Part shown: positions 60,901 to 64,000 of the stretch, piece after piece
Numbering within the stretch: the stretch's first letter is position 1
Layout: each line of letters begins with the position of its first letter
NCBI RefSeq assembly: GCF_000143415.4
Contig: NW_003314273.1
Location: forward strand, 630,074-694,073
Reading direction: 5' to 3'
DNA length: 64,000 nucleotides
Source of the DNA: Selaginella moellendorffii
Lineage: Eukaryota; Plantae; Lycopodiophyta
Made by a program: the position numbers and the translations under genes
Notes under the pieces: generated by a model
What the model was told of the DNA's origin: nothing
The model's database searches: none
Seen by the model: only the letters and a program-made list of their open reading frames with translations

Positions 60901-62600
60901 TTTTTTCTTGTCAAACACATCCCCAAAATCATGATACTTCTCAGGAAGACTGACAGGAGAAACATGCAAAGCAAAAAGAAAAAGAGGTTCTTCATGAAGG
61001 AGTTCTTTCATAGTGATTGTGGAGATAGGAGGAGGCGTACGACTAAATGGAATGATGAGATGAGGATACGGTCCAGTGTAAGATGGAAGAAAGGAAAAAG
61101 AAGAGGGTGAAAACTTTATAGAGTCAGGAATAGAACCCCGATTTGAGTTTAGGGAACTTTTCCTGATTCGGACTCGATGAACAGCAGGGGAAGCTGTGGG
61201 AGAGATGAGCTGTAATTCCTTCCAACAGATCTGAGGCTGATGTAGTTGGAACCATGGAAGACCGAGCACCACAGAGGAGGACTTGCTGTTGATGATGTTG
61301 AAGGCGATATCGGTGACGGTGGACCCGATGTGTACTCGAACTGGCAACGTTTCCCTAAGTCCAGAAGATGGAGACACAAAATGCCCGCCGATGCCTTCAA
61401 CCCTCAAATCCCGTATGGTAGGAGAAAGAGGAACGTGATGTCGGGCAGCAAAGTCCGTGTCCATGAAGCAGGAAGTTGCACCTGAGTCCAGTAACGCCAG
61501 AGCCTTGAGTCCTAATTGTCCGGTGAAAGAAAGGAGACATGGGACGCGGAAGTTGCGGGAATTGGTGGTGGCTTTGATGAAAGGTGGTGAGGAGCTTGAT
61601 AAAGAAGAAAAGTGATTTTTATTCGGGGAGTCCAAACAGACAGCTCCTACTCTGTTTGGACAGGGTCGTTTCCCGATTGCAATAGAGGTGGACTTTGAGG
61701 CAGAGTGAACTCGAGCAGTCGAGGAGGCTTCTTGGGACATACAGCTGCTTTGTGATTAGGATCAACACAATAGAGGCAAAGATTATGAGATATTCGACGT
61801 TGCTTCTCAGCAGGACTCAACTTCCCTCTAATGAGTCGGGGAGTACCAGAAATATCCATCGGAACCGGAGTAGTAGGTTCAGGAGTATGCCCCGAAGACT
61901 CAAGCTGGGATTCCTGAGTCTGGGACGGAAAAACAGCGGCGCGGCGACTTTCCTGACGACGTTCAAAGAGACGATTGTCACATCAAACAGCTTTGTTGAT
62001 GGCATCCGACAGGTCCTTGGGATCTTCCATGGTGAGCAACAAATCCTTGACACCGTTGTTGAGGCCGAAACGAAATTGGTCAATCAGGGCTCGCTCATCC
62101 CACTGAGTGTCCAAGGCAAGGAGTTGGAACTCTGCAGCGTAGATTGAGGCAGGACGAGACCCTTGAGAGAGCCATCTCATCTTTGTGGTAGTAGCCCGAA
62201 CCCGATCCGTCTCGCCAAAACATGCTTCGAGCTTCTCTTTGAACAATTGAAGATCCATCAGCTCCGGAACCACGACCCCTTTCATGCTCTTCTCCAGAAG
62301 AGGAGAAAACCATGACAAAGCTGCACCCTCGAGCAATGTCCCAATCATGCCGATTTGAGACTCGGGAGTGGGGTACCGCCGATGTTGAAGTGCAAAGATC
62401 AGCTCCATTTGGTTCAAAAATCCACGAAGCTCCGAACGCTTGCCTGAAAATTTCGCCGGGAAACTCACCTTCGGTTCAGGAACTTTGCTGGATCCTTGAG
62501 CCGAAAGTGAAGCAAGCTCCTGCTGCATGCGAAGAAGGGTCGCCTTCAGCTCGGTATTCTCAGATTGGATTTTTGCAAGGACTTCGGCAAAGAAATCAGG
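57924..62600 (-). pseudogene. Disrupted gag-pol polyprotein of the chromovirus
   Basis: Gag with CLYCVDPNHKAAVC knuckle; PR LLDSGA; RT YLDD; RNase H EADASDFAIG; INT HHCC, SDRGPQF, DGQSER, GPF; chromodomain YEVQDILDS...YLVDWKGYGPEERTWEP. In-frame stops at ~61983 and ~60022 and a frameshift at ~59450. Confidence 0.92.
61630..61674 (-). promoter_or_regulatory. -1 programmed ribosomal frameshift signal at the gag/pol overlap
   Basis: Slippery heptamer G GGA AAC (61674-61668) in the gag frame, a 6-nt spacer, then an 11-bp perfect stem GTCCAAACAGA/TCTGTTTGGAC. Pol is in the -1 frame. Confidence 0.85.
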
Positions 62601-62602
62601 AA

Positions 62603-64000
62603 ACCAGCTTGCTAAGTCAAACGCTTATCTGGATCACATCCTCAACTCTTTGAGGAAAACCATATACTGTTCCCAAGATCCCAAAGTCGTTCCATTATTG
62701 GCCCTTTTCTATCCACCACCTTGTCTACAAGTTCACACATGAACTGTAATGGAGAGCCATATCTTCCCGACCTGCTACTCCTCAAGGATAGGCCCACTTC
62801 TCGGACCTTCCGTTGCCAACACCAGTGGTGATATACTTGAGCACCAATAAAAGTCGGACTAAGGAACAGCTCCGATACCAAATTGTAAGCGACTAAATTT
62901 TCCATTCTACTTTAGTCACTTAACCACACCTCTGACCACTTGGAGGAGTCTCATTCACAACCTCCATAAGTCCAATCCAGGACTTGGGACTTGCTAGCCC
63001 CGAGAATGGCATCCATGCCACTCAACATTTGCACTTGGTCCAAGTGCTCCACGTGTCCGATCCCATGACCGACACTCAAAGGTACCACCGACATAGCAGC
63101 CCGTTACGCTAAGGCCATGCCCAATCACCTTTGCCGCACTGGTAGTCCAATACCACTTGCATCACCGTCTTGGCTCTCCAAGACTAGGCAAACCATCCGT
63201 GAGTGGTCATCTCAGATCCACTCCTTAGCATCCTTAGGATGCCCACCGACAAGGGGAATAGCCTTCCCCAATATCCCTCTGTCAGTCCCCACTAAGTCCC
63301 TTTCTGCCCCTGGCCGTGTTTGCCAACACTGCCACTGGATTGAGACCCACAGGCCCGACCACTAAGTCCCACGGCCCTCTGGGACTTCCTCACCACACGA
63401 CTGTGTCCTTGGTCACTACCCCAGAGGACTGCTCCTCTTCCTTTCCACAGTCTGGGCCTTTGGGACAACATTTCGGAACACCGTGGCCTTACGCGAGCCA
63501 CCTGGGTACTCTCCTCGCCTTCTGTCCTTGGGTGCTCTAGCCATGGGCTTAGAGCGGGTTCCGTTGAGCCACGACAGGTATCCAAGTAGGTAGTGCCACC
63601 CACACTTGGACTGGGAGCATCGGCCAGTCGATCTCCCGGGGGAACTAGAGCCGGCTCTTGAACACTTCACCAAGCTACCCCGCTTGTCGGTCTGTGTTCA
63701 CTCTAGTCTTGGACTTCCCAGTGGGCAGCTCATCACCCAACACTGGGTCCGGCCTTCCTGGGCCAAACTGGCCTTTCCTGGCCAAACTGGCTCCACTGCA
63801 GTCCTCCCCCTACTATACTTTTGGAGCTCACCAAACCCCCCAGGGTCTGGGAGACGAACGCTTTGGGCTTTCACCCTCTCAGGCTCCGGACTCGGACTCG
63901 GACTCGGACTCGGACTCGGACTCGGACTCGGACTCGGACTCGGACTCGGACTCGGACTCGGACTCGGACTCGGGCTCGGGCTCGGGCTCAGTCTCGGCCT
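62603..64000 (-). mobile_element. Second family-B element: 5' leader, PBS (62869-62880) and LTR (62884 to window end)
   Basis: Homologous to 56170-57470; PBS TGGTATCGGAGC; expanded (GGACTC)n at 63888-63990. Confidence 0.88.

Larger units (their letters stand above)
57526..62600 (-). mobile_element. Ty3/gypsy chromovirus, 5'-truncated; 3' LTR 57526-57912 (387 bp)
   Basis: LTR TGTCA...TGACA with internal 26-bp repeats; PPT TTGAGGAGGGGGTGC; gag-PR-RT-RH-INT-chromodomain order; no 5' LTR or PBS. Confidence 0.93.

Overview
Eukaryotic land-plant genomic DNA with very short introns (about 47-140 nt) and very short intergenic gaps. It carries a cilia-assembly gene (ZMYND10), which points to a plant with flagellated sperm; a Selaginella-like lycophyte is my inference. 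Layout: (1) 1-4.3 kb holds decayed gene fragments (pTAC3, GT8) and a 570-bp foldback. (2) 4.8-32 kb is gene-dense: GUX-like GT8, a TDBD/Jas-binding protein, an 'RPIAPKP' protein, cryptochrome, TMEM214-like, ZMYND10, pTAC3, MYST acetyltransferase, a small plant-specific protein and BOP-like. (3) 34-47 kb is a ~5-6 kb tandem duplication with four germin/spherulin-like cupin copies: one intact and three pseudogenes, one of them scrambled into a hairpin. (4) 48-64 kb is a nested LTR-retrotransposon island. It contains a complete 594-bp Cassandra-type TRIM with 5S rRNA promoter sequence in its LTRs, an old Ty3/gypsy remnant, a non-coding LARD-like element with microsatellite LTRs and a six-hairpin tRNA-T-loop RNA module, and a chromovirus with a -1 frameshift signal. 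All family assignments come from motif recognition by eye; no searches were run.
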